A DNA stretch of 63,467 nt, filler included, from Reticulomyxa filosa (Eukaryota; Protista; Foraminifera), in the NCBI GenBank assembly GCA_000512085.1. It is 18 parts of 18 records of this genome, joined end to end, with 100 filler letters (N's around TTAATTAATTAA, not from the genome) between each part and the next. Parts side by side here need not be neighbours in the genome. Positions count along the whole stretch, not along the records: positions 13,164 to 17,603 come from ASPP01021281.1; positions 17,704 to 20,211 come from ASPP01001044.1; positions 20,312 to 26,285 come from ASPP01026897.1; positions 26,386 to 29,025 come from ASPP01024997.1; 14 more parts are not named here. One strand, given 5' to 3'. The first letter of the stretch is position 1; each line of letters begins with the position of its first letter. The notes under the pieces are model-generated. The model had not been told where the DNA came from, did not search any database, and saw nothing but the letters and a program-made list of their open reading frames with translations. The position numbers and the translations under genes were made by a program. Below are positions 13,164 through 26,822 of this stretch, one piece after another.

Positions 13164-14342
13164 AAAGTATATGTAACTGAATGCATTCTTCAGTGCTTGC
13201 ATTGCACTTCTCGAAAGTGGGATTGTTTGTATTTTTCGTCTATCCAAATCCAAAACAAAACAAAATAAAACAAAACATATTCAATTGCATATTACGATTT
13301 CACATTACGATTTCACAGAAATAAAAATCAAACAAATGGAGTTTGTGGCTACCAGCTTCACGTTTATTGGATGCCATTCATCATTTACAAATCGCAATCG
13401 AAATTGTGCAATGTCATCTTTTCTTGGCTCCACTTCCGTTGTTGAAGTAGCTCCAGATTTCCAAAAGACCACCTTTGTTGTCATATCCAACAACATTTTT
13501 ATTTGTCTCAAATAAGACAAATATCTTACGAATAACACATATCTACACATATATATACATATATATGTATATATATTGCACACTTTTTGCTAATCCTCTT
13601 GGCTGCATTGAAAGTGGTACAATGTAAGTCATTGACTCTTTACTCGATATTAAAACATGTGCAGAATATACTTTCGGAAATTGAATGTCATATATTGTCA
13701 CAGAGCTTGCTTCATTAATAGAATAACGGCATTCGATTTCATCGCCTTCTTGCATTTCCAAATGTTTCCATTTTTCGTCATTTGGTGAATCGCTACTTGC
13801 ATGTTGTTCTATTGCATTCATACTAACTTTTTTTAAAAAAAAATAAAGTGTTAATTTTTTTATTTGCAGCATAGATAGTAAAGATACCTTTAATGTCACA
13901 TAAGCGTTGTTTATGCTTTCTACGATTTTGGAGATCAATACAACTTTTGTGATTTCTGGATTGTTTTTTTTTTTTAATATTGCTTGTTTGTTCATTGTTC
14001 GACTATTCAATATCACACAGTACATAAAACATACTTGGCAGGAGTTGGAATGCTTCGTTTCTTAGACATATCTTTGATGGCGTCATACAATCTTCCTTTT
14101 ATTGCAGTTTTTAATCCCACTTTGTTAAACACTTCTTTCCAGTCTTTTTCTGTTAGTCTGGTAACGTCTTCCATACAATCTAGATCATCACGGAGCACCT
14201 TGTACAATGCCTCTGCCTGCCCCTGCTTCATTTCAATAGGATCTTTCAAGAAGGACAATATTTCGCCTTCCATGTCCACCACACATGTAGAATCAGAAAA
14301 AATTCTATTTTTTGCAGAACCTAGGCCTGGCCGTTTGTTCAA
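13164..14342 (-). CDS. Multi-exon protein with N-terminal SAM-like domain and beta-rich (OB-like) segments, 3'-partial
   Basis: LYKVLRDDLDCMEDVTRLTEKDWKEVFNKVGLKTAIKGRLYDAIK resembles a SAM fold. EGDEIECRYS and RKDDIAQFRLRF resemble OB/S1 strands. Confidence 0.5.
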
Positions 14343-16143
14343 ACATATATATCAGTATGTTTTATTCCTAATTTGTACTGCTTTGTCTCTTATTTTCATA
14401 AACTAATTGTTCTAAAAATAGGATATAGATTCAAAATTTACAACAAGAAAACTCATTTATTTAAAAAAATGTTAAGGATGAAACCTAAACATGTGAAATT
14501 TTCTAGTTTCTTCGATGGCAAGTATGGATACTGACTTGACAATTTAAACTCTAATTACTTGCTTCACAATTACTCGGTCATCAATTGTTCAATTATATAA
14601 ATGATGACCATCTTGATTTCTAAAGTTACCTACGTTTTGATCGAAAAACAAGAAAACGATATTATTAGAATCAGCAATAAATGTTTTGAGCTGCTCTATG
14701 ATTATATCAATTTTGGCAAATCTGCAAAGAATTATTCCATTCATTTTTAATGGGACAATTGTTGTTTTGAAAAAAGTGTACCCTTTTCGAAAGCAAAATC
14801 ATAATGCGTTTGATGAAGTCAAAAGCAGGAGAAAAATGTTCGAGAATAATTGCTTTTATAGACGCAACTGAATCCATGAATCACTTGTTACATAAGCGAA
14901 AATGCAGTAAGCACAATGACAATGAAAACCTCCAAGTGACTTTGAAATGCAATCTCTGTATATTGCAAGTATGACGTATCTGAGATGACGGAGCAAGTGA
15001 TCGTCACTGTGACAAATACCAGTGACTCCATGGTATACATACACACACACATGCCCGTTGTGAAGCGTTTGTATCAATGCAATCTGGGACAACTTCCCCT
15101 TAATGCATACACAATATCGTTACTTTACAGCAACTCGAGGTATGCACAAACGTTTTTTTTTTTAACATACAAGACGGACTGAGACGTGAGCGTGTTCGAT
15201 TGGACCAATTTGTTTATCATTTCCTTGCAATGTTCCTATCACTTTAACATCTCCGGCCCATTCGTCGTGGTCCAGCTGCAACATTACATACCCATCGATT
15301 GGATCTATATATACCCTCACAAAAAAAAAAACGACCTCAAATGGCAGTCCTACTGGAACGTGTAATGAGATGACAAGCGCTTTTGCAAGTGCTTCGAGTT
15401 GTTCAGGTATCTTTTTTGAAAAAGCTTCACATCTTGTTTACTTGTCTACAAATCAAAGGGCACCCAATCAATTTTTTTGAGATGATCTCTTTTATCACCC
15501 AATCAAAAAAAAACAAAACAAAGTATAAAACGATTGCGATGTACACAATACACAAACACATAGACAGATACTGAAATAGCGACACAGGTATTGCGATTTC
15601 TTTAAATTTCCAAACAAAAATAAGTCAATAAATTGTATGTTGTGCATCATAGGTACTTTTGACATTAGTAATATTGAACGAATGCAAAAAAGTTTTTGTC
15701 AATATCTCGGCATTGCTTTATGTGACATGCAATGAAGCAATCCTCGCGATTCATTACAAACTTGATCGTATGAAAGATAGGCATTTTTGCATGCTCAGAG
15801 GCTACGAACACACTTGCACTTGTTTTTGTTAGAAAACGTCACTGATCCTGCTTTTTCAATTTCATTTTTTTTTATTGGAAATTTTTTTATCTGTTCAAGC
15901 CTTTTTATGTGAGCAGGCTGCAATTAACTTGAAAAAAATTTTTAAATGAGAAAAACATTAACTTTTTTGTCTGTCTTGAACCATGGTGAATGTACATAAA
16001 ACAAAGTACAACAAATTACATGCTCCCAGTATTTTGTTTGCCACAAAATTTTTTTTTATCTTAAAGTGGATTTATTGCCTATTTGATGTCGCTCCGTTTC
16101 GTTGTGTCCAGTAGGAGTGTAGGGGGCAAACAGAGGAGAAAAT

Positions 16144-17603
16144 ATGAATGGAAAATTCTTGGTTACTCGCAGCAGCATGAAATTGTCGTTGATATTTGTG
16201 GCAATACATGTATTAAATGCGCTCATGGTGGTGTCAAGCGCAAATAATGAATACACACAATTCAGTGGTGAACTTAACGAACGAACAAACACATCTGGAT
16301 CATCACTACAATATAAACATGTTGAAAACATCATGGAATACGTTAATCAACTATGTGTGGAATTGATAACATGTAGATTTGCGCAATGTTCACAAGTCAA
16401 CAGCTTGACAGATGTATCATTGCTGCAAATATTCAATAAGGAGTCAATGCAATCCAATAGCGAAAGTATACGTATTCCACAAAACACATTGCCGATCAAA
16501 TCTAAGAGTCCATATAACAAAACACCGTCTGTGAGTACGTTCCCATCAACTTCGACTATATATGCAACTTTTTACAAATTGACATTCAAAACAATCTCAT
16601 ACAGGTAAATAACAGTGACATAAAGATCAAATGGAAAAAAAATGTTCATTAAAAAAAAAAATGTGTTCATGAAAAAAAAGTGTATATTTACTTATGGCAA
16701 GAGATAGTAAGTGTGAGAAGGGATCATATATATGATTTATTTGATCTAAAAAAAATTTTTCAAAAAAAAATAGTACGTTAGCAAATGGCGAAGTAGAAGT
16801 GATGATGACACCACCATCGAATGAAATGTGCAAACAGTGTCAACTAGAAACGAGTGTGAGATTTGAAACATTGTTCGCTACCAACTGTTCATGGCATTAC
16901 ACTGGAGCGGACTCAGAGAACAACCCTCACAACATATCGCCGTCCAAATGTTTATCATCGACTTGCACAATTTCGCTGGCTATGTCGCAAGTGTTGGCCA
17001 AGTCTGCAATGTTAAGTTGTTTTTTCTTCCTTTTTTTTAAAACAAATAAAAAATTCTGTATATCATACGATAACAAAGATTGCCAAGATTATGCAATGGT
17101 GTGGTGGCGTTACTAAGTGGAATATGGACAGACGGAGATGGAAATTTCGACACATTGTCCGACCAGCAATTGTTGGCACAAGTTGTAGCGGAAAGTCCGT
17201 CAATGTTGTCCAATTGTTCATTCGATGCCCTTAAGGCGATAGAAGCGCTGCTGGCGCAAATTAGTGACATGGACGTAACGCAACCGACTAGCAATTTTAT
17301 TGCAAGTCGGCCGTGATGTCTATTCTCTATTTGTGCAAAGATGCGCTACTTTCTCAAATATGTGGCATTCAATGGGCACTTATGCCATCAACATCCGCGT
17401 GGTGATTGTCGCCAACAGACTATCTTGCGTCCACACTTTGCCCCAGCTCCAATACAAACACTCGCAAGTACACATTGCATATCATTCACGGGCAACAATA
17501 CTTTGAATGGCCCATCACAAATACCAAATAATTCCATTGGCATCAAATCTAAACGTCGGCCATATAATGTTGGTAAGTTATCTTTTTTTTATTTTATTGC
17601 TTC
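16144..17603 (+). CDS. Putative secreted/surface Cys-containing hypothetical protein, multi-exon, 3'-partial
   Basis: Signal-peptide-like MKLSLIFVAIHVLNALMVVSSA. Collinear exons 16144-16605, ~16781-17010 and ~17060-17570 with GT/AG boundaries. Confidence 0.5.
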
Positions 17604-17703
17604 NNNNNNNNNNNNNNNNNNNNNNNNNNNNNNNNNNNNNNNNNNNNTTAATTAATTAANNNNNNNNNNNNNNNNNNNNNNNNNNNNNNNNNNNNNNNNN
17701 NNN

Positions 17704-17945
17704 CCCAGTGAATGTATTGATTAATTTGGATGATGAACGAAATGTGTCAAACATGAAAACAGTATATGCCTATGTTAAATAATATTGGAATGTTTTGATT
17801 TGCATTTAAGAAAAGACAGAATAAATGAACTAACATAATTGACAACAAGTTTGTCAAAATCTTTGATCCATCCTAATTGAATGTTTAATGTTCGAATCCA
17901 ATGATGAATAATTATTTGGATCTTTTTTTCGTCTTTTAACTGTTT
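17704..17945 (-). pseudogene. N-terminal remnant of the WD40 family gene
   Basis: The reverse strand reads IQIIIHHWIRTLNIQLGWIKDFDKLVVNYV, matching VQTIIQYWIRVLNIKLGWIQDFDKLVAKYV at 56876-56965. An in-frame stop follows. Confidence 0.75.
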
Positions 17946-18739
17946 CAATTACATGCAATGATAAATAAAACACAGAATTAAAAACTTAAAGACAAATTAG
18001 ACTTAACTTTCATTGATATATTTGAGTTCATTTTTGTAACTAGTTTTCTCTTGAGATACTCTTTCATGATGCAAGATGAAAAAAATGTTTGAACTTTTGT
18101 TTATAAAAGGAAAAGCTGAACTAAGACTTATATAAGAAACATTATGAAATGAAAGATAAATGGTCAGTAACAACAATTTTACAATGCAAAAATCTTTAAA
18201 TTGAAAAATTTTAATCATAGCAGGGCGATATAATGTTACTTATTTGTAAATTTTTTATTAGATCTGTGTAAGCAGAAATGCTTTTCTTTGCAGAATAAAT
18301 TGTAAGATATTTTTGAGTGAAATAAATAAGCATTCATATTTATGTTAACAATTTTCATATTGATTGAAAATGGCTGTTACAACAAACAATTTGTTTTGAT
18401 CAACTTTGTAAATTCAATCCAAAGGAAAAGCATTTACGTAATTTTATTTGAATATTTCAAGAAATACATTATGGGAACAAGTTGTGCTGATGTCATATCG
18501 ATATTGAAAAAACCAAGAAAATAAGAATTAGAATAAGTACATCAATTTTACTTTCCAGTCAGATGGGCGCGTGAATGTACAAATTATACACTAAAAAATG
18601 TAATTCTATTTTTTCAAATTTTTGATTTAGCAAATCAAACAAAAAATATTATCCAATTACTCATGAAAGGAGAGAGTATTGCAAATTTTGAAATTTAGAA
18701 ATATGAATAATTCAATGCAAAATAAAAAACAAAAGTTTC

Positions 18740-19260
18740 AAACAAATCAGTTGGACTTGACAACCTTTGTCATACAAATACTCAACAATGATAAATCCGC
18801 AATTTGATATCTTTGTGTAGTTGATTAAATAATCAAGGACCCATCATCACTATATCCATATAATGACATATCTTTGTTTATTTGTTCCTTTCTCGTTGTT
18901 ATTTGATGAAAAGTTGGAATATTTTCTCCACGACGAACATCAATAATAAATATTTTTGGAAAATCTTTGAAAGAATCCATTTTGTTATTATATTGTACAC
19001 CTTGCTTTGTCTTTGTGGAAATTGCTTGCAATCCAAATTCATAATTGAATTCTTTTTGAAACGATTTTTGAAACGATTTTTGAAACGATTTTGAAATTTT
19101 CTACATCTTTTTCTTTCACATTTGGAAGATATCCTTGTCTGATCCAATAATATTATCTTTCATATTGATCAACTCAAGCCTTACATTTTCATTTCTAATT
19201 GTTTGAAAATCTTTATTCCAAACAATGATAGCTTTGAACATTTTTCTGATCAACCTGGTA
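18740..19260 (-). pseudogene. Degenerate caspase-like (peptidase C14) gene
   Basis: FKDFPKIFIIDVRRGE corresponds to the PKxFxxxACRG motif with the catalytic Cys codon read as CGT (Arg). Frameshifts and stops flank it. Confidence 0.6.
19053..19096. repeat. 12-bp tandem repeat (tttgaaacgatt) x ~3.5
   Basis: Directly visible. It lies inside the caspase-like pseudogene. Confidence 0.9.
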
Positions 19261-20311
19261 AATACACATTTAATCCCAATTGGGATTGTTGGTTTTTTTT
19301 GTTAAAATTCGATCATTTCTCTTTATCATCTTTCGTTTATGAAGTTAGGTAAAGATATTTATAGAGTTTTTTTGTTATAATTACTTTTGTTACAGAAAAA
19401 TCTGCACAAATAAAACAGTGATCTCACAGCTTTTCTAGGTATTTTTTTCATTCTGTTCAGTTTTCCAACTTGGGTTAACGAATTGTCGCTATTTTGTTCC
19501 GACTTAGCGTATAAACTCTTTCTTTTTTTTTCAGAGTTTGTATGTCTGTATTACAATCTTTACAGATAAGAGTTATTACGTGTGATTCTTCAAGTTATCT
19601 ATCATCAAAGTTAGGTCAGAACTAATCCTTATCACTTTCATTGTTGTTTCTTTAAAAAATTCCAAATAATAAAAATACATATGGACTGCTATAGAAGAGA
19701 AACAATTGTATTCACGGAAAGTATGGCTGTTGCGTTTGGGTCAATCATTGAAAAAAGTAACACCACAAAAAGTGCTTCTATTATATCTACGAAGTGGAGG
19801 GGCACCTTTTTTTTCCTCTTTGAAACAAGAGACTATTTTGCTACTAAAAGAAACAACTCATAATTGTCCCTTTTTTGTTGTGTTTTCTTTCTCAGGATCG
19901 GTTGATTTTTCGGACATGAGTCTAACCCAAGCATGCTCTGGTATGTCTTATATGTTTGAGGAAAAAAAAAAAAGGATTTGAAATTTTTTCTTTTCAAAGA
20001 ACTTTGTTAAACTCTAAACACAACATTCAATATAAATAATGAAAGGTTTTGTGAAGGATGATGATGCTGCAACCCAAGCCCAAGTATTTTCTTATTTTCC
20101 AAATTACAATTGATGATTGACATTTTGTTTGTTTGTCGCGATATAATTACATTTCTAGGCGATAATCAGCAAAGATGGTCGCTATAGTGTAACCATGAAC
20201 ATAACAAAAGANNNNNNNNNNNNNNNNNNNNNNNNNNNNNNNNNNNNNNNNNNNNTTAATTAATTAANNNNNNNNNNNNNNNNNNNNNNNNNNNNNNNNN
20301 NNNNNNNNNNN

Positions 20312-21335
20312 AAAGAAAGGTACGATTAGATTTCTATTGGCCAGTCCTTCCGTATGAATCGTAACACCAGCAATATCTGTTGGAAAAGTCGTTGTTGGTA
20401 TGGATTCCGACTCCAAAGTGGCTGTCTTTGGTTTCTCTGGAGTGGCCTGTTCTGTTGTAATGTTTGTTGCTGTGTTGTATTGGCCATAGCACATGCAAAA
20501 TTTTTGAAAACCAAAATAAAGATTTCTATTCCAATCACTCCAGTTACAATAACCCCACCAATTGCAACTGAGGAATTAAGCAAGAAATGTATCAGATAAC
20601 GAGTAGGTGGTACTGAAATTGTTTGTTTTTTTTTTAAAAAAGATGGAATGTGAATGATTTATAATCAAAGTGATATACATCATATAAAGCAAGAAGAACA
20701 AACCTGAAGGCGATTGAGTTGGAAATTGGGAAGGAAACTGAGTCTGATGATTGGCATGAGGGAGTGTGGGAAACGTGAAGGCGCGTTGGTTGGGACACAA
20801 CTTGGAGTGCACGACGGAGCTTGCGATGGACTGCGAGTTGGGAATTGCGAAGGAAACTGAATCGGAATTCACGACAGAGACTCGTCTCCGCGATTGACTG
20901 TGCTGGACAGAGCAGTCCACTTAAAATAGGCGCTAATGTCCGCATCTTCGCTTTTGTCATCTGCATACGCGGAGATGGTCACAGATATGTTGTTGTTGAC
21001 AATGACAGCAAAGCATATCACATACGTGAAAACAGTTTTGAATACGTCGGCGGGACGGCGGATGAACAAGCCATAGATCTCAAAGTTGTCCAACTTGTAC
21101 AATAGGAACGCCCCTTGTCCTTGGAAGTTGTATTGCAATATTCGAATCTGGTAATATGCGGGTCATCTTGCGCAAATCCAGATTGCACAGTGTCTTTTTG
21201 CCAGTTTACAGGTTTGCAATAATTATTCATGTTATTCATCACACTGGCGTGACTGCATACATTAGTTATTGCACTACCATTATTATCATCACTTTTTTTT
21301 TCTTCTTCTTTTGGAAATAAGCGGCGTTGATGCAT
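20312..21335 (-). CDS. Single-pass membrane protein with Cys-containing ectodomain and P/S/T stalk; frameshifted or pseudogenised
   Basis: Cys-rich N-terminal part, FPSQFPTQSPS stalk, TM SSVAIGGVIVTGVIGIEIFILVF. The reading frame switches several times. Confidence 0.4.
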
Positions 21336-22839
21336 GAGTGAGTTGCGCAGAAAGCATAAGTGTGATGCCTTTGTCCAAAAAATTGAAAATTTAATTTTTT
21401 AAAAAAATTTTGTTTGGTTCACTTTTACTCAAGTGAAAGAAAAAAATACAAACATTTGTATTTTGTTCTCAATATATTGTAAGAAAAAAAACTGTTGTCT
21501 ATATGAAGTGGCAATCGGCATGTCAAAAGAATTCGTGAAAAATGTTTGTTTTACAATCCAGACTTAAGCACAAAAATAATAAGTTTGTTGTATATAATTG
21601 TTTTTTCCTCTTTACAAGCATATTTTAATTTGATAGATGTTAAACCATGTGTTAAATATTCATTAAAAAACTCATAAACATCTTATGTTCTGCTATGTTT
21701 CTACGGTCCGTCCATTTTGATGCTGCAGAAAAGTCTTTTCATATTCCACCACAATGGAGTCAAACATTTATTCTTTGTGAGTTAAGCTCACTTCGTCAGT
21801 TGGAACAATGCTGAATCAACCAAGTACACGTTTAATTTTAAGAAATAAAAAACTCTTAAACGTTTAAAGAAACACTGACCACAAACCTTAGCAAATAAGG
21901 GAAGATCGGGTTATAACTTCAAAAAATTATACGTTAGGATTGGAATATAACATCAATCTTCAAGGCAATCTCACAACTTCTTGCTGATATCAAACTTAAC
22001 CATTATTAAAAATAACTTTATTTATTACAATACGAATAAAATTTCAACACAATCATCATTCGATAATGAAACAATTTGGTAACAGTCGATTGAAAATTTT
22101 ATTATTCTTACTGTGTCATCAGATCTTTGACAATTGAAAATTGAACTATTTTGAACATTGATCAAAATCTTAGTTCTATTTAATAATAGACTGTGTTGAT
22201 CACATATTCGATCAAATACTAGCTTTCTTCTGACAGTAATGATCATTGGCTTCGATACTCATTGGTGTCATCAAATAACGCAAATAACTGACATCCACAT
22301 CCCATTTACAAAAAGGTTACAAATTTTTATATAAGTCACCTTTTTTTCCAATCATTTATACATTCTCTCATTTTATATCATCATGCAATATGTAATTATC
22401 CATTTTTTAAATTTAATACACAAATCATTGGAACATCTTGCCTTTTCATAATTGCAAATTCTGTTTTTATAATCAAATGCTTGATTAAAATCACCAGAAT
22501 GATACGTTTATATCATCAGATAATCTTTCATACTTTAAATTATTTATTATTATAACTACAATATTTATTTCTTATTCACTTCATTCTATCAAATCTTCAA
22601 CACACTATTCATAATGCCTTATTTATAAATTAACTTTGTTATTATTTTGGATTCATAAATTAAATTTCATAATCACATATTAAAATATATTATGTGTAAT
22701 ATTGTTTTTCCACAGTCATATATGTGAAAATATATATTTATTTTTTTCTTCATAATTTTTATTTTAAAATATAAATATTATCGTTATTTTCCAATAAATT
22801 GAATCACAATCGACATTGTTGCGTTGCATTTCCAAGACT

Positions 22840-24260
22840 AGTCAAAGAATGACTTCAACAAAGGTTCACACGAAGGAACATGTGACTTTTCAAGGAAACC
22901 TCTATGAACAGATTTGCTTTTGTTCAATATATCTGTCATATCTTGGAGAATTGGTGGTCGTTTTGAACCAGAATGTTTGATATACATCAACGACTGCAAA
23001 GCAATCAAACATCTTTGTCTTCGCTCTTGATGTTAATTGAATAGACACTTTCAAATAATTTTCCAACTCTTGAGATTGTGTAAAAGTGTATAAACACAAA
23101 ATCATTGCATTCCATCATCAAGTAATAGATTGATCTTTTGTGATTGTTATTCAATTGTTTGATCACTTGACAATAAATGTCATTTCTTAATTTCTCTTTT
23201 AATAAAATCTTCAGTCTATCATGTATATTTGGATCTTGTTGAATTGATTCATTACTCCATACCAAGTCTATCTCCTCCAGCTTATCATAGCTTTTCCTTT
23301 GCCCATTCATATGCTCCTTTCAACACTGGACCAAACTGTGAGCCATTTTGTCAAAGAAAATATCTTACCATTTAATGTTCAAACGTATTTGTTGTAATTG
23401 TTGTTGGACAAACTTATCAGTATATTGATTGATGTATCCTCAAACATGCTTCAATGTAGTTTGTCTCGAATGTTGCAATGGCTTTTCCAGATTCTCGTAT
23501 AATTGAGTGTAAGGTCTATCATTTTCAATACCAACATATATTTATTATCATCTTTCTATGATTTCACCGAACTACTTCCAATTTATTGATTTCTTTTTTA
23601 CTAATAGCTTCTTCCAAAATACATTTGTATGGAAAGTTAGACAGCTTCAAATGCTCCCAAATGTGTGAGTTGTTCAAAGTACAATGGTTCTTTGTCTTCA
23701 TTCGGCTTAATACATCAAATGTAATGAGATTGCGTTGCATGTAAAGTTTTCATCAAAGCGTCTAATTGGTTGCAGATCCAATATTGCTTTTTGTTGTCCT
23801 GTGTTCATATCTCCGACATCGTTTAGGAACAAAATTAGAATCATGTGCTCTTTCGACTTGTCCAACATTACCAATATATCAATGGATTTGTGTACTTTTT
23901 TTTTGATTCAATGGGTTTGTTAATTTGAATAACCAACAAATCAAATATTTTGGCAGACGCGCAAACTCTGGATTTAATCCTTTTTCGACACTATTGTTGC
24001 CCGACATAACAATGGCCTTATTGATTCCACTTTTTTTGGGTTCGCCTGCGTCGATCTGCCAAATGAGAGCAATGTTTGACTTTCGAAGTGTCATTGACTT
24101 AATTGGATTGTACTCGTTCAAAATCAACGTTGCCAGTGTGCAAAATATCCTCCACGACACGATATAGACTTGACATCCTTTTCATTGAATTCCAAAGTTT
24201 GAACGGTTGTCTTGCAACACGACCTTTTCCAATAAGTAATTGATCATGAATATTTCCGTT
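22840..24260 (-). pseudogene. Degraded P-loop GTPase gene, possibly Roc/COR-like
   Basis: The reverse strand near 24200-24240 reads LLIGKGRV followed by a frameshifted KTT (broken Walker A), then ~1.3 kb of fragmented coding-like sequence. Confidence 0.3.
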
Positions 24261-26565
24261 TATTCTCCAAACATAGACTAGTTATTGTTTCGTAGAATTT
24301 TTATATTCCAATATCGGTTTGTGTCAAACACTCTCATCTCTACACCTTCAACACAACCAAGTAAGGCATACATTGCTTGATTGCCTTTTTTTTTTTGAAA
24401 CTTTTTCCTGTCTCCGTATATACAATGGACTGGCTTGTCCTGCTTTCAAATGTTAAACCATGGTGACTATTTTAATAATCACAAAACTATAGTCGTTTTT
24501 CTAAAATCTCCAACCGTATAATAGTTTTTTAAAAACTCCTTAACTGAGCTTTGCTTTTTTTCACAGTTGAAATAATAAGTTACCCTGTTTGAAAAATGTC
24601 ATTAAACACAACAAACTTTTATCAATCATCTGTTCGCAATTCTTGCCAATCTGAGAACGTTTTTTCGTCAATGTTTTTGTAGGTTTTCTTCTAATTAATG
24701 ATCCCTTTTTTCTTTTTTTAAAATTGTCAAATGAAGTTGTTTGTTATGTTTTATTTTATGAAATAACCAAAAAACTTTTCTTCATAAAACTTTTCCATAA
24801 CTCATTTTTTTTTCCTTTTAATTTCGTTAATTTATGCTAGTTGCCTTTGGGTGTCCTTATGTTTGATTATTTGGTTGAAATGAAAGAAGTTGGACAGTAT
24901 GGGAGCAGTATTGCGCAGAACACATCATTAATTATGCACCGCAAACAAAAAGTCGCGAATTCAAAAAATAATGAATTTGGAGTATTTTTTGAAGAAATGA
25001 CTTCTAGCACTTGAGAAATGGTTTATTTTTCGACATGTACAAACAAACACCTACTTTAAAAAAATAATAATGAAAGATCGACTTAGAATCAAATGTAATT
25101 AAAGAAATAAAAAGTGGATCTTTTGTGAATCAACATCTTTGCATGTGGATACAATAGCATACGTAGACAAATGGTTGACAAAATGAATGATGGACTAAGG
25201 AAATTGCAAGATAATGTGGGAAACATTCGAAGCAAAGAGGCGAATTATACAGACGAATGGCTCAAAGAGAAAAAGAAAGTATTTTTGACTGAGTTTTCTA
25301 AAATTGATTTGAAAAAGTTTTTTTTAATGTTGTTAAAATTGCGTTGACTGCAATCCTTTCACTTGCAGTTCAACTTTTTTTCTTATAGCATTTATTTTAA
25401 AAAAGATTTTCATTGACAGCCAAATAGCTGAATTTAATATTAAATCAATTGAGACAGCAAATGCAAGACTTTGTAACTTTGTGTTCTTTACCTAATGCAC
25501 TTGTTCAATGTCAATGCATGATTCACTCATTTGTATAAGCTATAGAGAAGAACAATGTTATTTATTATCGTATTCTTAAAGGTCAAATATAAATACATTA
25601 ATTGTTATCCAAGTAATATTCAATTACGTGGATATTGTGTTATAAAATTGATAAATAATGATAAAAATACAAATGATATCACATTTTTATCTTTTGGTCA
25701 AAATAGACACAGGAATTAATATTTTTTCAAATAGAATACGAAAACAAGCAAATAGTTGTTTTTTTGCATTTTATTTAAAAACCTCAATTAAAGGGACGAT
25801 TCCCTTTTCTAAACAATTAGAAACATGGTAAACTTTTGAAGCATCTTCAAAAATGTATGGACTGCCTGGATTAAGATATTGTCGAACATTTTCGTTTCGA
25901 TATTCGTCAATATTAACTTTTTTGACCTTGCAGCAGCACTTAGAGGCCGCAAGTGGAGACTAAAGGTAGTCTAGAAATTTCCTTTTTTCTTTTTTTTTAG
26001 CAAAGATAAACAAAAAACATTATTCTCAAAATGGCATCATACAAAAAGATGAAGAAGAAGGAGTGCACACAAGTGACATTGACATGTAAGCGAATAGAAG
26101 ACCCAGGATTTGCGTTTGACGCAACGAAGCCACAATACACATTTGGCGACATTGGCATGAGCGAGCAAGACGCTTGCCTTTGTCATATCTATCGTCAACG
26201 ACCTGGTCGAACAGTAGCATCGTTTGGGAGTCATTGTCAACAAAAAAAAAAATAATTTTTTTTAATGTTCTAAGTTGACATTCTTNNNNNNNNNNNNNNN
26301 NNNNNNNNNNNNNNNNNNNNNNNNNNNNNTTAATTAATTAANNNNNNNNNNNNNNNNNNNNNNNNNNNNNNNNNNNNNNNNNNNNAATTTAACTTGTGTG
26401 TTCTTTTGTTTGTTTGTTTTTCTTTGTTCCAATAATAATGATATTAATAATTTTTTTTTTTGATGAACAGGCGTTTTTGCGATAGTGAAATAATTTTTAA
26501 AGTTTTATCACGCGCTGTTTGAGCGCACTTGATGTGTTAAGTAATGTTTTTTTTTTTGCTCTTTC

Positions 26566-26636
26566 CTCCATATGATGTACAGTCCTTACTGTCAATCCGC
26601 TGAGTCAAATGACGACGAAACCGGACCTCTGAGGAG
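26566..26636 (+). ncRNA. Box C/D snoRNA 1 (double guide for SSU rRNA)
   Basis: C box ATGATGT 26572-26578, D' CTGA 26600-26603, C' ATGACGA 26609-26615, D CTGA 26629-26632. Terminal stems ctcc/ggag and ttttgctc/gagcaaaa. D' guide CTGTCAATCC is complementary to SSU GGAUUGACAG. D guide CCGGACCT is complementary to AGGUCCGG. Confidence 0.85.
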
Positions 26637-26757
26637 CAAAAATAATTATTTTAAATGTTTTTTGATGTTATAATGAAAGTTAGTTTTTTTTTTACAAATA
26701 GGCAAGGGCATGAGATGGTGCAACTTGAATGTTAAGAATTTTTTTTTTTTTGCTTTT

Positions 26758-26822
26758 TTCCATATGACGACAACGACTTACTGAGCCAATATAATATGAC
26801 GACAAAGCCGTACTCTGAGTAC
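26758..26822 (+). ncRNA. Box C/D snoRNA 2 (target unassigned)
   Basis: C box ATGACGA 26764-26770, D' CTGA 26781-26784, C' ATGACGA 26796-26802, D CTGA 26815-26818. Same intronic position and flanks as snoRNA 1. Confidence 0.75.

Noticed and set aside
21700-22250. Possible transposase (IVPTDE) and WD40 remnants
   Set aside because: Too degraded to support either assignment from sequence alone.
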